Source: an uncultured Gammaproteobacteria bacterium (lineage in GTDB: Bacteria > Pseudomonadota > Gammaproteobacteria > Natronospirales > JAIVGZ01). From it: 64,000 nt of DNA. The translations under genes were made by a program, and so were the position numbers. Of this stretch, positions 53,504 to 63,129 are shown piece by piece (within the stretch, counting starts at the first letter, position 1; every line of letters starts with the position of its first letter). Below the pieces are notes generated by a model, which worked only from the letters and a program-made list of their open reading frames with translations, had not been told where the DNA came from and did no database searches. The stretch is from assembly GCA_964552205.1 (NCBI GenBank), contig CAZKFT010000006.1, positions 7,612 to 71,611 of the forward strand, in the 5' to 3' direction.

Positions 53504-54244
53504 TTGAACCCGTTAGCGCTGTTCCGTTCCGTACGGCAGCCATTGCCGCCGTACACGCTGCGTGTCAGCAGGCGCGCGCGCCGGATGTGGCTGCGGGTTT
53601 CCCGATGGGGGCGCATCGAGGTCGTTGTACCAGTGCGCCATAGCCAGGCCGGGGTGGAGGCTTTCGTCGATGAGAATCGCTCATGGATCAAGAGGACGCT
53701 GGTCGAGTTCAATCGCGAGTACGGGCCAGCGCCGAGAATGGTTCTGCCGACCCGGCTGGTACTCAAGGCAACTGGTGAAACATGGACGGTCAAGTTCCGG
53801 AAGGTTTCAGGAATAGCGCCGCGGCTACGAGAATTTCCGGACCAGTGCCTTTTACTAGAGGCAGAGAAAAATACGCCACAGGTATGGGCGGGTTTGCTGC
53901 GGGCATGGCTTCAGCGGCATGGCAAAGCAGAACTGACGCCGTGGCTCAGGGGCATATCGCAAGAAATGGGGCTGAGGTATCGCCGCGTTCAGGTTCGAGG
54001 TCAGCGAACCCGATGGGGAAGTTGTTCGAATTCCGGCACCATCAGTTTGAATTATTGCCTGTTGTTCCTGCCACCACGTTTGGTGCGCTATCTCATGGTG
54101 CACGAACTATCACATCTCCGGCACATGAATCACTCCAAGCGTTTCTGGGACCGTGTGGCGGAGCACTCACCCAACTGGCGGAAGCTGGATGCGGAGTTGC
54201 GGGAGGCGCGACGCCTGGTCCCCGACTGGGTGGAACTCGCCTAG
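53504..54244 (+). CDS. YgjP-like (DUF45/M48-related) zinc metallohydrolase
   Basis: HELSHLRHMNHSKRFW motif and the RTRWGSC motif. TTG start. Confidence 0.8.
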   Translation: MNPLALFRSVRQPLPPYTLRVSRRARRMWLRVSRWGRIEVVVPVRHSQAGVEAFVDENRSWIKRTLVEFNREYGPAPRMVLPTRLVLKATGETWTVKFRKVSGIAPRLREFPDQCLLLEAEKNTPQVWAGLLRAWLQRHGKAELTPWLRGISQEMGLRYRRVQVRGQRTRWGSCSNSGTISLNYCLLFLPPRLVRYLMVHELSHLRHMNHSKRFWDRVAEHSPNWRKLDAELREARRLVPDWVELA

Positions 54245-54444
54245 TAATGTGGTGGAGGAGGCTCCTCGCCCTCGGTTGCAGCCTCTGTCATGCTTGCCAT
54301 TCGTTCCCGCAACACCCCCAACTCGTCTCTCAGCGTTCCACTGAGTCGTTGCTGAAGCGCCAGTTCGTCACTCATGGCGCCAAGCGCCGCTTCAAGATGC
54401 GCGATTCGGATTTCCAGTTCGGTGATACGCTCTGCGTCTGACAT
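54241..54444 (-). CDS. slyX: SlyX-family coiled-coil protein
   Basis: RITELEIRIAHLEAAL...PPPPHY resembles E. coli SlyX, including the C-terminal PPPHY. Confidence 0.85.
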   Translation of the reverse strand: MSDAERITELEIRIAHLEAALGAMSDELALQQRLSGTLRDELGVLRERMASMTEAATEGEEPPPPHY

Positions 54445-56557
54445 GGGAACCTATTTTGCCACGGCCGCTCGCGGTACCGAGTACCTTCTTGCCGAGGAAC
54501 TGCGTTTATTAGGAGCGGAGGAGGTGCGGGAATCGCGGGCCGGCGTATATTTCAGCGGCCCATTGGAGGTCGGGTACCGCGCCTGTATCGGTTCGCGACT
54601 TGCGAGCAGGGTCCTGCATGAAATAGCCCGGTTTCCTGCAGTTACCGCCGATCAACTCTACGCCGGGGCCCGGGAAATTGACTGGGACAACTTAATCGTC
54701 CCCGGCGCCACCATCGCTGTGGAGGTCAATGGGACAACCCCCGAGCTGAACAACTCCCACTTCTCTGCCTTGCGCATCAAGGATGCCGTGGTCGATGTCA
54801 TGAGAGAAGCGAGGGACGGCATTCGCCCCGCAATTGATACCGAACACCCGGATTTCGCCATTTTTGCGCTTTTGCGCAAAGGTGAGGTGCGCGTGTCCTT
54901 TGATCTCGCCGGCAGGCCTCTGCACCGGCGTGGCTATCGGGAGGAGGCGGGTGAGGCGCCTTTGCGAGAGACTCTGGCGGCCGCCTTGCTGCTGCGTAGT
55001 GGATGGCCGGACATTGCCGCGCGCGGAGGCGCGTTTCTGGACCCGATGTGTGGTGCAGGTACGTTGGCCATTGAGGCCGCACTCATGGCCACGGACGGCG
55101 CCCCAGGTCTGCTTTGGGCAAGCCAGAGCCCGCGGGGGTGGCGGGGCCACGACTTGAAGTCATGGCACGGTTTGGTGGTCGAGGCGGCGGACCGCATGGA
55201 GCAGGGCATGGAAAGCCTACCGCCGATTCACGGATCGGACCGCGATCCTCGCGTAATCGAGATCGCCAAGCGCAATGCCAAACGAGCCGGCGTTGGGAAG
55301 CACATCCATTTTTCGGTGGCAGAAGCCACTACGGTAAGTCCGCCAGCTGCAACAGGGCTATTGGTCACCAATCCTCCGTACGGGGAAAGGATTGCCCATG
55401 ACACCATGCTGGTCCCGCTGTATGCGGGGCTAGGCCAGCGGCTCAGGGATGCATTCGAAGGCTGGCATGCAGCCATTCTCACGCCGACGCCTGAGCTTGG
55501 ATTCCACCTTGGCTTGCGTTCCCATCGCCAAGGCACATTCTGGAATGGTCCGATTGAGTGCCAGCTGCTCGAATTCGAAGTCCTACCAGAGCGGGCGCGG
55601 GTTCCCCATGGTCAGGTCGAGCCCGCGCCAGATTTCGCCAACCGTCTACGGAAGAACCTGAAAGCATTGTCGAAATGGGCTACTCGCGAAGGGGTGGAAT
55701 GTTTCCGGGTCTATGACGCGGACCTGCCGGAATACGCCCTGGCCATCGACCTGTATGGGCATTTCGTTCATGTGCAGGAATACGCGCCCCCGAAAACCAT
55801 TGATCCTGACAAGGCGCGAAAACGGCTGGATGCCGCATTGGCGGCTTTGCCAGGCGTCCTAGGCGTGGATGCTGCCGACATCTACCTGAAACAACGACAG
55901 CGAGGAAAAGGGGGTGCCCGTTACGGCAAACTCGCAGAGGGCGGTCGCAACCACGAAGTGAGCGAGGGTCCGGCCCGGTTTTGGGTGAACTTCACCGACC
56001 ATCTCGATACTGGCGTGTTCTTGGACCATAGGCCAGTCAGAGAATATATAAGAAAAACAGCTAGTAACAAGACATTTCTAAACCTTTACTGTTATACTGC
56101 GACGGCCACCGTTCATGCCGCTCTGGGCGGCGCCAAGTCCAGCACCTCGGTGGATATGTCCCGCACCTATCTGGACTGGGCGCGCCGCAACTTCTTGTTG
56201 AACGGGGTGGACCAAAAGGCGCACGAACTGATCCAGGCAGATTGCACCAAGTGGTTGGAGGTGTGTACGGCCAAATACGACCTCATCTTCCTGGATCCAC
56301 CCACCTTCTCGAGTTCCAAGCGTATGGAGGGCGTGCTGGATGTGCAGCGCGACCATGTCACCATGATTCGTCAGGCGGTGGCGTGCCTCGCTGCGGGCGG
56401 AGAACTGTTGTTCTCGACCAACCACCAGAAGTTCAAGCTGGATGCGGACGCGCTCACGGACCTGCAGCTTGAGGACCTCTCCCCCAAGATGCTTCCCGAA
56501 GACTTCAAGCGCACCCCTAGGATTCACCGCGTCTGGCGCATCACCACCCCTACCTGA
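54443..56557 (+). CDS. rlmL: Bifunctional 23S rRNA methyltransferase RlmKL (m2G2445/m7G2069)
   Basis: MGTYFATAARGTEYLLAEELRLLGA aligns with the E. coli RlmL N-terminus. THUMP region, NPPYGER motif and C-terminal SAM domain (FLNLYCYTATATVHAALGGA). The track start 54374 is an extension. Confidence 0.9.
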   Translation: MGTYFATAARGTEYLLAEELRLLGAEEVRESRAGVYFSGPLEVGYRACIGSRLASRVLHEIARFPAVTADQLYAGAREIDWDNLIVPGATIAVEVNGTTPELNNSHFSALRIKDAVVDVMREARDGIRPAIDTEHPDFAIFALLRKGEVRVSFDLAGRPLHRRGYREEAGEAPLRETLAAALLLRSGWPDIAARGGAFLDPMCGAGTLAIEAALMATDGAPGLLWASQSPRGWRGHDLKSWHGLVVEAADRMEQGMESLPPIHGSDRDPRVIEIAKRNAKRAGVGKHIHFSVAEATTVSPPAATGLLVTNPPYGERIAHDTMLVPLYAGLGQRLRDAFEGWHAAILTPTPELGFHLGLRSHRQGTFWNGPIECQLLEFEVLPERARVPHGQVEPAPDFANRLRKNLKALSKWATREGVECFRVYDADLPEYALAIDLYGHFVHVQEYAPPKTIDPDKARKRLDAALAALPGVLGVDAADIYLKQRQRGKGGARYGKLAEGGRNHEVSEGPARFWVNFTDHLDTGVFLDHRPVREYIRKTASNKTFLNLYCYTATATVHAALGGAKSSTSVDMSRTYLDWARRNFLLNGVDQKAHELIQADCTKWLEVCTAKYDLIFLDPPTFSSSKRMEGVLDVQRDHVTMIRQAVACLAAGGELLFSTNHQKFKLDADALTDLQLEDLSPKMLPEDFKRTPRIHRVWRITTPT

Positions 56558-56806
56558 TTTCCTCCTCGCTCGGTCCTGGAAAATCCCAAACGCGCCGCCT
56601 CGCTCACCGGCGTACGCGCGCTGAGCGACCGAAGCGGGTTGCGTGCCAGGAGCGCGCTGAGCGGGAGTCGGGGAGTCCCGGTGAAGGGCAGGGGCGCAGT
56701 AGGCGGCGCACCCAGACCTGCCGCGACACCAATGGCTAATGCCGCAGCGAAGGGTGCGAGCTGGCGCGTTCAACCCCGGAGGGAGCCGAGCACAAAAACG
56801 CTCGAA

Positions 56807-57625
56807 TCAAAGGAACAGGTCAGGAGCGAGCGGAGCGCCAGGCTTGACCGCGTACTGTTCGAAATCCATGACACCCGCTTCTCGCAGGACATCCTCGTCA
56901 ATCAGGAACTGGCCGGAGCCTTGTTGACTGTTCCGGGTGAGAACGGCGTGCGCGGCGTCGGCCATGATTTCCGGCTTGCGGCAGTTGTCGGGGTTCACCA
57001 TGCCTCCCAGCATGGCCAGCGCCGCCGTAGCAATCACGGTCTTGGGCCACAGGGCGTTGACTGCGATACCGGCTGGGGCAAACTCCGCGGCCATCCCCAG
57101 TACGCACATGCTCATCCCGTACTTGGAGATTGTGTAAGCCGTATGGTGGCGGAACCACTTGGGATCCAGATTGATCGGTGGTGACAATACCAGCACGTGG
57201 GGGTTGTCGGACTTGATCAACCACGGCAGGCAGGCTTGGGTCACGCAGAACGTGCCCCTCGTGTTGACACCTTGCATCAGGTCGTACCGTCGCATGGGCG
57301 TTTCGGCGGTCTTGGTGAGATTGATGGCACTTGCGTTGTTAATGACCGCATCAATCCCACCGAAGTGTTCTGCGGCTTGCGTGACCGCCGCAGCGACCTG
57401 AAGTTCGTCACGAATATCCACTTCCAGTGCGAGCGCTTTCCCTCCAGCGGCCTCCACCTGCTCCGCGGCCGTGAAGATGGTTCCTGGCAACTTGGGGTGT
57501 GGCTTGGTCGTTTTCGCTGCTATGACGATATTCGCGCCATCTGTAGCAGCCCGCAGGGCTATGGCCAGACCAATCCCCCGGCTGGCCCCGGAGATGAACA
57601 GCGTTTTACCCTTCAGCGTGGTCAT
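56807..57625 (-). CDS. SDR-family oxidoreductase (HSDL2-like)
   Basis: TLFISGASRGIGLAIA, NNASA and YTISKYGMS catalytic motifs. Confidence 0.85.
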   Translation of the reverse strand: MTTLKGKTLFISGASRGIGLAIALRAATDGANIVIAAKTTKPHPKLPGTIFTAAEQVEAAGGKALALEVDIRDELQVAAAVTQAAEHFGGIDAVINNASAINLTKTAETPMRRYDLMQGVNTRGTFCVTQACLPWLIKSDNPHVLVLSPPINLDPKWFRHHTAYTISKYGMSMCVLGMAAEFAPAGIAVNALWPKTVIATAALAMLGGMVNPDNCRKPEIMADAAHAVLTRNSQQGSGQFLIDEDVLREAGVMDFEQYAVKPGAPLAPDLFL

Positions 57626-57647
57626 TGATGGCTCCCATGGTGACCTG

Positions 57648-57656
57648 TGCTATAAC
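57648..57656 (+). promoter_or_regulatory. Extended -10-like element TGcTATAAC upstream of the EncFtn-like gene
   Basis: TG-n-TATAAC lies 29 nt upstream of ATG 57685. SD GAGG sits between them. No -35 needed for the extended -10 class. Sequence match only. Confidence 0.3.
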
Positions 57657-57684
57657 TTTACCGTACTGCAACGAGGGAACGAAG

Positions 57685-57975
57685 ATGTCCAACGAAGGTT
57701 ACCACGAGCCATATGAGGAGCTGTCCGATGATACCCGCGACATGCATCGCGCCATCATTTCTCTTATGGAGGAGCTTGAGGCCGTGGATTGGTACCAGCA
57801 GCGCGTAGATGCTTGCAAGGACCCCGAATTGAAAAAGATCCTCGCGCACAACCGCGACGAGGAGATTGAGCATGCAGCAATGGTTCTAGAGTGGATTCGT
57901 CGACACAACAGTACTTTCGACAAGGAGCTCAAGGAACGCTTGTTCAGCGATGACAAAATCGTGGACCATGATTGA
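57685..57975 (+). CDS. Encapsulated-ferritin (EncFtn)-type ferritin-like protein, core domain only (96 aa)
   Basis: HEPYEELSDDTRDMHRAIISLMEELEAVDWYQQRVDACKDPELKKILAHNRDEEIEHAAMVLEWIRR closely tracks the EncFtn signature as I recall it from Rhodospirillum rubrum (..MEELEAVDWY..ILAHNRDEEKEHAAM.LEW.RR). SD GAGG. Confidence 0.8.
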   Translation: MSNEGYHEPYEELSDDTRDMHRAIISLMEELEAVDWYQQRVDACKDPELKKILAHNRDEEIEHAAMVLEWIRRHNSTFDKELKERLFSDDKIVDHD

Positions 57976-57994
57976 CTATTGATGGGGGGCGGGC

Positions 57995-58213
57995 ATGGAT
58001 AAAACCATGAAGATTGTGGAAGTAGGGGAGCCGGAAGAGGGCAAGAGGACATCGCCCATCTGGGTAGAGGGTGGCGATGTCGAGAAGACCGGGCAGCCGA
58101 TCTGCTGGTTCAATGACCAAGAGTTCGCAGAGGACGAAATGGTCTATAGCGGCGCGGAAATCCTGCGCTGCGACGCAGGAGTCTGGGTCCGTTCAGGTCA
58201 ACGCCAAGGCTAA
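57995..58213 (+). CDS. Hypothetical 72-aa protein (2 Cys, acidic), 19 nt downstream of the EncFtn-like gene
   Basis: ORF with a G-rich SD-like stretch upstream. Alternative start ATG 58007. I recognise no family. Fills the whole gap to the convergent acnA. Confidence 0.5.
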   Translation: MDKTMKIVEVGEPEEGKRTSPIWVEGGDVEKTGQPICWFNDQEFAEDEMVYSGAEILRCDAGVWVRSGQRQG

Positions 58214-58220
58214 TCGGAAC

Positions 58221-60953
58221 TCAAGCTGCCAGCTGGCGAAGTACGTAGTGCAGGATGCCGCCGTGCTGGAAGTACTCCACTTCCTTGGGGGTATCGATAC
58301 GCACCTTCGCCTCAAATTCCGTCACTTGACCCGTCGCGGAGGTTGCCTTTACTTGGACAGATTTCGCTCTCCCTTCGTCCAACCCGACAATATCGAAGGT
58401 TTCGGTGCCGTCCAGGCTCAAAGTCGCCGCGGTTTCACCATCACGGAACTGCAAGGGCAATACGCCCATGCCGACCAGATTGGAGCGGTGGATACGCTCA
58501 TAGCTTTCGGCAATGACAGCGCGGACTCCGAGGAGGCGGGTACCCTTGGCGGCCCAGTCGCGGGACGAGCCAGCGCCGTACTCCTTACCAGCAAGAATGA
58601 CGAGTGGGACCTTGTCCTTCTGGTATCGCATGGAGGCGTCATAGATGAACATCTGCTCGCCGCTGGGCTGGTGAACAGTCCAACCGCCTTCGGTCCCAGG
58701 GGCCATCAGGTTTCGGAGCCGAATATTGGCGAAGGTACCCCGCATCATGACCTCATGGTTTCCGCGGCGTGAGCCGTAGGAATTGAAGTCGTTCTTCTTC
58801 ACGCCGTTCTCCAAAAGGTACTTACCCGCCGGACTGTCTGCCTTGATGGAACCAGCTGGGGAAATGTGATCGGTTGTAATCATGTCGCCGAGCACCGCGA
58901 GTGCGCGAGCATTGCGAATGTCATCAATCTTGTCCGGTGTCTTCGTCATTCCCTCGAAATACGGTGGGTTCTGGATGTAGGTTGAGCGGTTATCCCATGT
59001 GAACAGATCACCTTCTGGAACCGTCAATCCATTCCAGTTGCTGTCGCCCTTGAACACACTCTCGTAACTGCTTTTGAACATCTCGGAATCGACTGACTGC
59101 ACCGCATCGTGAATTTCCTTTTGCGTAGGCCAGATGTCCTTGAGGAACACCGGACCTTCGGTACCTTCTCCCAATGGTTCCAGATACGGGTCGAAGTCCA
59201 TGCGTCCTGCCAGCGCGTAAGCAACCACGAGTGGCGGCGAGGCAAGGTAATTCATCTTCACATCCGGATGGATGCGACCCTCGAAGTTCCGGTTTCCAGA
59301 CAGGACGGCCACCGCGGCCAGATCGTGTTCTTGGATTGCCTTGCTGATGGGTTCCTGTAGCGGACCGGAGTTGCCGATGCAGGTGGTGCAACCATACCCA
59401 ACCAGGTGGAATCCGATGGCAGCAAGATCATCGAGTACCCCTGCTTTCTTCAGATACTCAGTAACGACCAGCGAACCGGGGGCCAGCGAGGTCTTCACCC
59501 AGGGCTTGCGATTCAAGCCCTTTTCCCGTGCCTTGCGTGCAACCAAGCCGGCACCCAGCATCACTGCCGGATTCGAGGTGTTGGTACAGCTGGTGATGGC
59601 AGCAATCACGACCGACCCGTCCCGCAGCGTGAAGGTATCTGCATCGAGTGTGACATTAGCTGAGCCGTTTGCACCGGACTGATGCGAACCAACTGCTGTG
59701 CCTCCGCCTTCGCCTTCAAAACGCGATTCGAGTGCACTTTGCGGCTTGCGTCCTTCGACCATCGGAACGACAGATTTCTGGAAGTCTGCCTTCGCTTCTG
59801 TCAGCGCAACACGGTCTTGGGGCCTGCGGGGCCCTGCGATGCTCGGCACCACAGTGCCTAGGTCAAGCTCGAGCACATCGGTGTATTCTGCCGGCTTCGC
59901 GCCGTCTTCGCGCCACAGGCCCTGCGCCTTTGCGTAGGCCTCGACCAAGGCTACCTGGTCATCACTGCGCCCCGTCAACTTGAGATAACGGGTTGTCTCG
60001 CCATCAATGGGGAAGATGGCGCAGGTTGATCCGAATTCTGGCGACATGTTCCCGAGGGTGGCACGGTCTGCGAGTGGCAGATGCTTCAAACCATCGCCGA
60101 AGAACTCAACAAATTTCCCGACTACACCCTTCTTGCGCAACATCTGCGTGACAGTGAGTACGAGGTCTGTTGCGGTCGCGCCCTCCGGCAGGTTGCCGAT
60201 CAACTTGAAGCCAACGACCTGGGGGATAAGCATCGTGACCGGTTGACCAAGCATGGCGGCTTCGGCTTCGATTCCGCCAACACCCCAACCCAGAACACCC
60301 AGCCCGTTCACCATGGTCGTGTGGGAATCGGTGCCAACGACGGTATCGGGCCACGCGGTTAGGGTCCCATCCTTGTCCTCGCCGAAGACTACGCGGGCGA
60401 GATACTCGATGTTCACCTGGTGAACGATGCCGGTATTCGGGGGGACCACCTTGAAATTGGAAAACGCGCTTTGTCCCCAGCGCAGGAAACTATAACGTTC
60501 CTGATTACGACCGAACTCGATTTCGGTATTTTGGAACAAGGACTTTGCAGTGCCAAAGGTATCCACCTGGACCGAGTGATCAATGACCAGTTCAGCAGGG
60601 GATAGCGGGTTGATTCTTGCGGCGTCACCGCCCAAAGCGCGCATCGCATCGCGCATGGCGGCAAGGTCGACCACCGCCGGTACACCTGTGAAGTCCTGCA
60701 GGATGACGCGTGCCGGCGTGAAGGAAATCTCCTTGTCTGGCACTGCTTGCGGATCCCAGCCAGCCAAGGCCTCGACATCGCTTGCCGTGACATTGGCACC
60801 ATCCTGATGACGTAACAGGTTCTCAAGCAGGATCTTCAGTGAAAAAGGCAAGCGCGAGAGGTCGAACTTGTCCTTCAGGACATTTAGGTCGTAAATGGTG
60901 TAGGACTTGTCGCCGACTTTGAGGGTCGTGCGGGCCTGGTAGCTGTCCGACAT
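58221..60953 (-). CDS. acnA: Aconitate hydratase A
   Basis: 910 aa with canonical aconitase/IRP motifs ([35 protein letters not shown]). Confidence 0.95.
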   Translation of the reverse strand: MSDSYQARTTLKVGDKSYTIYDLNVLKDKFDLSRLPFSLKILLENLLRHQDGANVTASDVEALAGWDPQAVPDKEISFTPARVILQDFTGVPAVVDLAAMRDAMRALGGDAARINPLSPAELVIDHSVQVDTFGTAKSLFQNTEIEFGRNQERYSFLRWGQSAFSNFKVVPPNTGIVHQVNIEYLARVVFGEDKDGTLTAWPDTVVGTDSHTTMVNGLGVLGWGVGGIEAEAAMLGQPVTMLIPQVVGFKLIGNLPEGATATDLVLTVTQMLRKKGVVGKFVEFFGDGLKHLPLADRATLGNMSPEFGSTCAIFPIDGETTRYLKLTGRSDDQVALVEAYAKAQGLWREDGAKPAEYTDVLELDLGTVVPSIAGPRRPQDRVALTEAKADFQKSVVPMVEGRKPQSALESRFEGEGGGTAVGSHQSGANGSANVTLDADTFTLRDGSVVIAAITSCTNTSNPAVMLGAGLVARKAREKGLNRKPWVKTSLAPGSLVVTEYLKKAGVLDDLAAIGFHLVGYGCTTCIGNSGPLQEPISKAIQEHDLAAVAVLSGNRNFEGRIHPDVKMNYLASPPLVVAYALAGRMDFDPYLEPLGEGTEGPVFLKDIWPTQKEIHDAVQSVDSEMFKSSYESVFKGDSNWNGLTVPEGDLFTWDNRSTYIQNPPYFEGMTKTPDKIDDIRNARALAVLGDMITTDHISPAGSIKADSPAGKYLLENGVKKNDFNSYGSRRGNHEVMMRGTFANIRLRNLMAPGTEGGWTVHQPSGEQMFIYDASMRYQKDKVPLVILAGKEYGAGSSRDWAAKGTRLLGVRAVIAESYERIHRSNLVGMGVLPLQFRDGETAATLSLDGTETFDIVGLDEGRAKSVQVKATSATGQVTEFEAKVRIDTPKEVEYFQHGGILHYVLRQLAA

Positions 60954-60989
60954 GGGCGCTCCTGCTGGATTGGGCTTGGAAAAAGCCGA

Positions 60990-61607
60990 TTATACCAGTG
61001 CGCGCGCCTCGGAAAGCATGCCGCGACGACCGAATAGCAGCGACCACCGTGACGCACCCAGTTGGCGCCAAAGCACCGCGGACCGGATGCCAGCGAGCAA
61101 GAGCGCACGAATCAGCGCCGCCGTACGCGGGTCACGAAGGTGCAAGGACTCTCCCTCGACCATGATGCGCGGGCCTGCGGGGCTGATGTGGTCTGCATAC
61201 AGTGCTGCAAGGGCGGCAACCGTATTCTCGTGTTCCAGGCCGAAACTGTTCGCCTGCCGTTGGGCCAATTGCAGGCCCTCGTGCAGTGCACGCCAGACCC
61301 CATCCCGCGCATCTACGCAGCGCTCCAGGTGAATCAGCCCCAAGACATAGCGCATCACGGGCGCATCATCCGGGCTGGCCTCGCCAGAGAGGTGGGCAAC
61401 CAAGGCGTTGAGCCCGGGCCGAATGTCGCCCAGCTCCCCGTAAACCGCCATCGTGTCCTGAGTATCAAACCGGAAGAGGCTACCGAGGCTGGCTTCCAGC
61501 CCACGGTTCGGGCCGAGCCCATGCCACGCCAGTCGGTGTACCAAAGCGGACGCCTGAAAAACTCCGGCCAGTGCCAATGTCCTGTCGCGTCTAGCAGTCA
61601 CACACAT
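60990..61607 (-). CDS. hflD: High-frequency-of-lysogenization protein HflD
   Basis: [21 protein letters not shown] resembles the E. coli HflD N-terminus. Downstream of mnmA as in E. coli. Confidence 0.85.
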   Translation of the reverse strand: MCVTARRDRTLALAGVFQASALVHRLAWHGLGPNRGLEASLGSLFRFDTQDTMAVYGELGDIRPGLNALVAHLSGEASPDDAPVMRYVLGLIHLERCVDARDGVWRALHEGLQLAQRQANSFGLEHENTVAALAALYADHISPAGPRIMVEGESLHLRDPRTAALIRALLLAGIRSAVLWRQLGASRWSLLFGRRGMLSEARALV

Positions 61608-62683
61608 CCTCGCTCACGGATTGCGCCGCCACCCAGGCAGCGGTCGCCATCGTACAGGACCACATACTGGCCAGGTGTCACCGCACGCTGCGGGCTGTCG
61701 AAACGCACTGCCATCCGCTCCTCGTCCATATGCTCGATGGTGCAACCCTGGTCAGCTTGTCGGTACCTGACTTTAGCCATGTAATGTCGACCCACTGCTG
61801 GAGCTGCACCAATCCAGGATAAAGCATCTGCCTCCAGCCAGTTGCTTTGCAGGCGAGGGTGCTCCTGCCCTTGAACGACGACAAGGCGGTTGGATTCCAT
61901 GTCCTTCTCAGCAACGAACCATGGCAGGTCCTCCCGACCTTCGACACCTCCGATTCCCAGTCCAGAGCGTTGACCCAGCGTGTAGTACATCAGCCCATGG
62001 TGTCTGCCGACGACCAGCCCGTCGTCGGTAACGATGTCGCCTGGTTGTGCTGGCAGGAACTTCTGGAGGAACTCGCGGAACGGCCTTTCACCGATAAAAC
62101 AGATTCCCGTGGAGTCCTTCTTCGAGAAGTTGTCAAACCCGGCCTCGCGAGCAATGTTGCGCACTTCATGTTTTTCCAAATCCCCAACAGGGAACACGGC
62201 TTTCGCAAGCGAGGTCTGGTCGACCTGATGCAGGAAGTAACTTTGATCCTTGCTGCGGTCGAGACCTTTGTGCAGCTCAGATTCCCCATCCCGCCTGATG
62301 ATGCGGGCATAGTGGCCTGTAGCGATTTTTTCCGCGCCGAGCCGGGTAGCGTATTCAAGCAGTGCACCAAATTTGATCTCGCGGTTGCACAATACGTCAG
62401 GGTTCGGTGTCCGGCCGGCGCGGTACTCGTCGAGGAAATGCGCGAACACCCGATCGCGGTACTCCTCAGCGAAGCTGGCTCTGTGAAGTGGAATGCCAAG
62501 CTCTTTGCAGACCTGGCGCGCATCCTGATAATCCTGGGCGGCAGTGCAATAGCCGTCTTCATCCTCGGCCCAGTTGTCCATGAACAGGCCCTCTACCCGA
62601 TGTCCCTCCCTGAGTAGCTGCCAGGCAGCCACGGCTGAATCGACACCGCCGGACATGCCGACGATTGTAAGTGGAGTTGGCAT
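61598..62683 (-). CDS. mnmA: tRNA 2-thiouridine(34) synthase
   Basis: [15 protein letters not shown]-loop, [12 protein letters not shown] and KDQSYFL motifs. Confidence 0.95.
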   Translation of the reverse strand: MPTPLTIVGMSGGVDSAVAAWQLLREGHRVEGLFMDNWAEDEDGYCTAAQDYQDARQVCKELGIPLHRASFAEEYRDRVFAHFLDEYRAGRTPNPDVLCNREIKFGALLEYATRLGAEKIATGHYARIIRRDGESELHKGLDRSKDQSYFLHQVDQTSLAKAVFPVGDLEKHEVRNIAREAGFDNFSKKDSTGICFIGERPFREFLQKFLPAQPGDIVTDDGLVVGRHHGLMYYTLGQRSGLGIGGVEGREDLPWFVAEKDMESNRLVVVQGQEHPRLQSNWLEADALSWIGAAPAVGRHYMAKVRYRQADQGCTIEHMDEERMAVRFDSPQRAVTPGQYVVLYDGDRCLGGGAIRERGCV

Positions 62684-62684
62684 T

Positions 62685-63128
62685 TCAGAGGTCGATGATC
62701 AGTGACAGGCAGTGACGCTTGCCGGCGAGGAAGTCATCAAAGCAACGGGTAACCAAAGGGCTTCTCAATGACCAGTCGCCGTTTGCCAGTTGGCCGGGCG
62801 TCAACCAATGTGTGCCGAGTATCGCCGAGTCCGGAGGTGTTGGGTTCCGCTGCACTCCCAGAGTCCCAGAGAAGCTTGCACGGATGAATGTTTCGCCGTT
62901 TGCAGGATGTCGCCAACGGTACAAGCCGACTAGCGCATCTGGTTCGAACTCCCAGCCGGTCTCCTCCAGCGCTTCCCTTCTAACGGCATCAATCAATGAC
63001 TCGCGGTCATCGACGTGGCCGGCAGGTTGATTGATGACACGCTTGCCGCCGACGATTTCCTCGACCACAAGGAAGTGTCCATCCCGTTCGATGATTGCTG
63101 CCACAGTCAGGTGAGGCTGAAACTCCAT
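62685..63128 (-). CDS. NUDIX hydrolase (NudJ-like position)
   Basis: Nudix box [22 protein letters not shown]. Directly upstream of mnmA as nudJ is in E. coli. Confidence 0.8.
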   Translation of the reverse strand: MEFQPHLTVAAIIERDGHFLVVEEIVGGKRVINQPAGHVDDRESLIDAVRREALEETGWEFEPDALVGLYRWRHPANGETFIRASFSGTLGVQRNPTPPDSAILGTHWLTPGQLANGDWSLRSPLVTRCFDDFLAGKRHCLSLIIDL

Positions 63129-63129
63129 T

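Noticed and set aside
56558-56806. Shared strings between this spacer and the 80-nt tRNA insert (CTGAGCGA and GCCGAGCA, in the same order), suggesting one repeat family.
   Set aside because: Only two 8-mers match, with very different spacing. This is compatible with chance in GC-rich DNA of these lengths. A proper alignment or genome-wide search is needed before any claim.
56810-56850. The SRP-RNA-like string CAGGTCAGG at the end of the spacer.
   Set aside because: It lies inside the SDR coding sequence and lacks the GGAAGGAAGCAGC domain IV motif and the flanking helix.
57626-58220. An encapsulin shell gene adjacent to the EncFtn-like gene.
   Set aside because: I looked on both strands. The neighbours are an SDR, a 72-aa ORF and acnA, and the 233-aa ORF at 58071-58772 is antisense to acnA. 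There is no shell-sized gene in this window.
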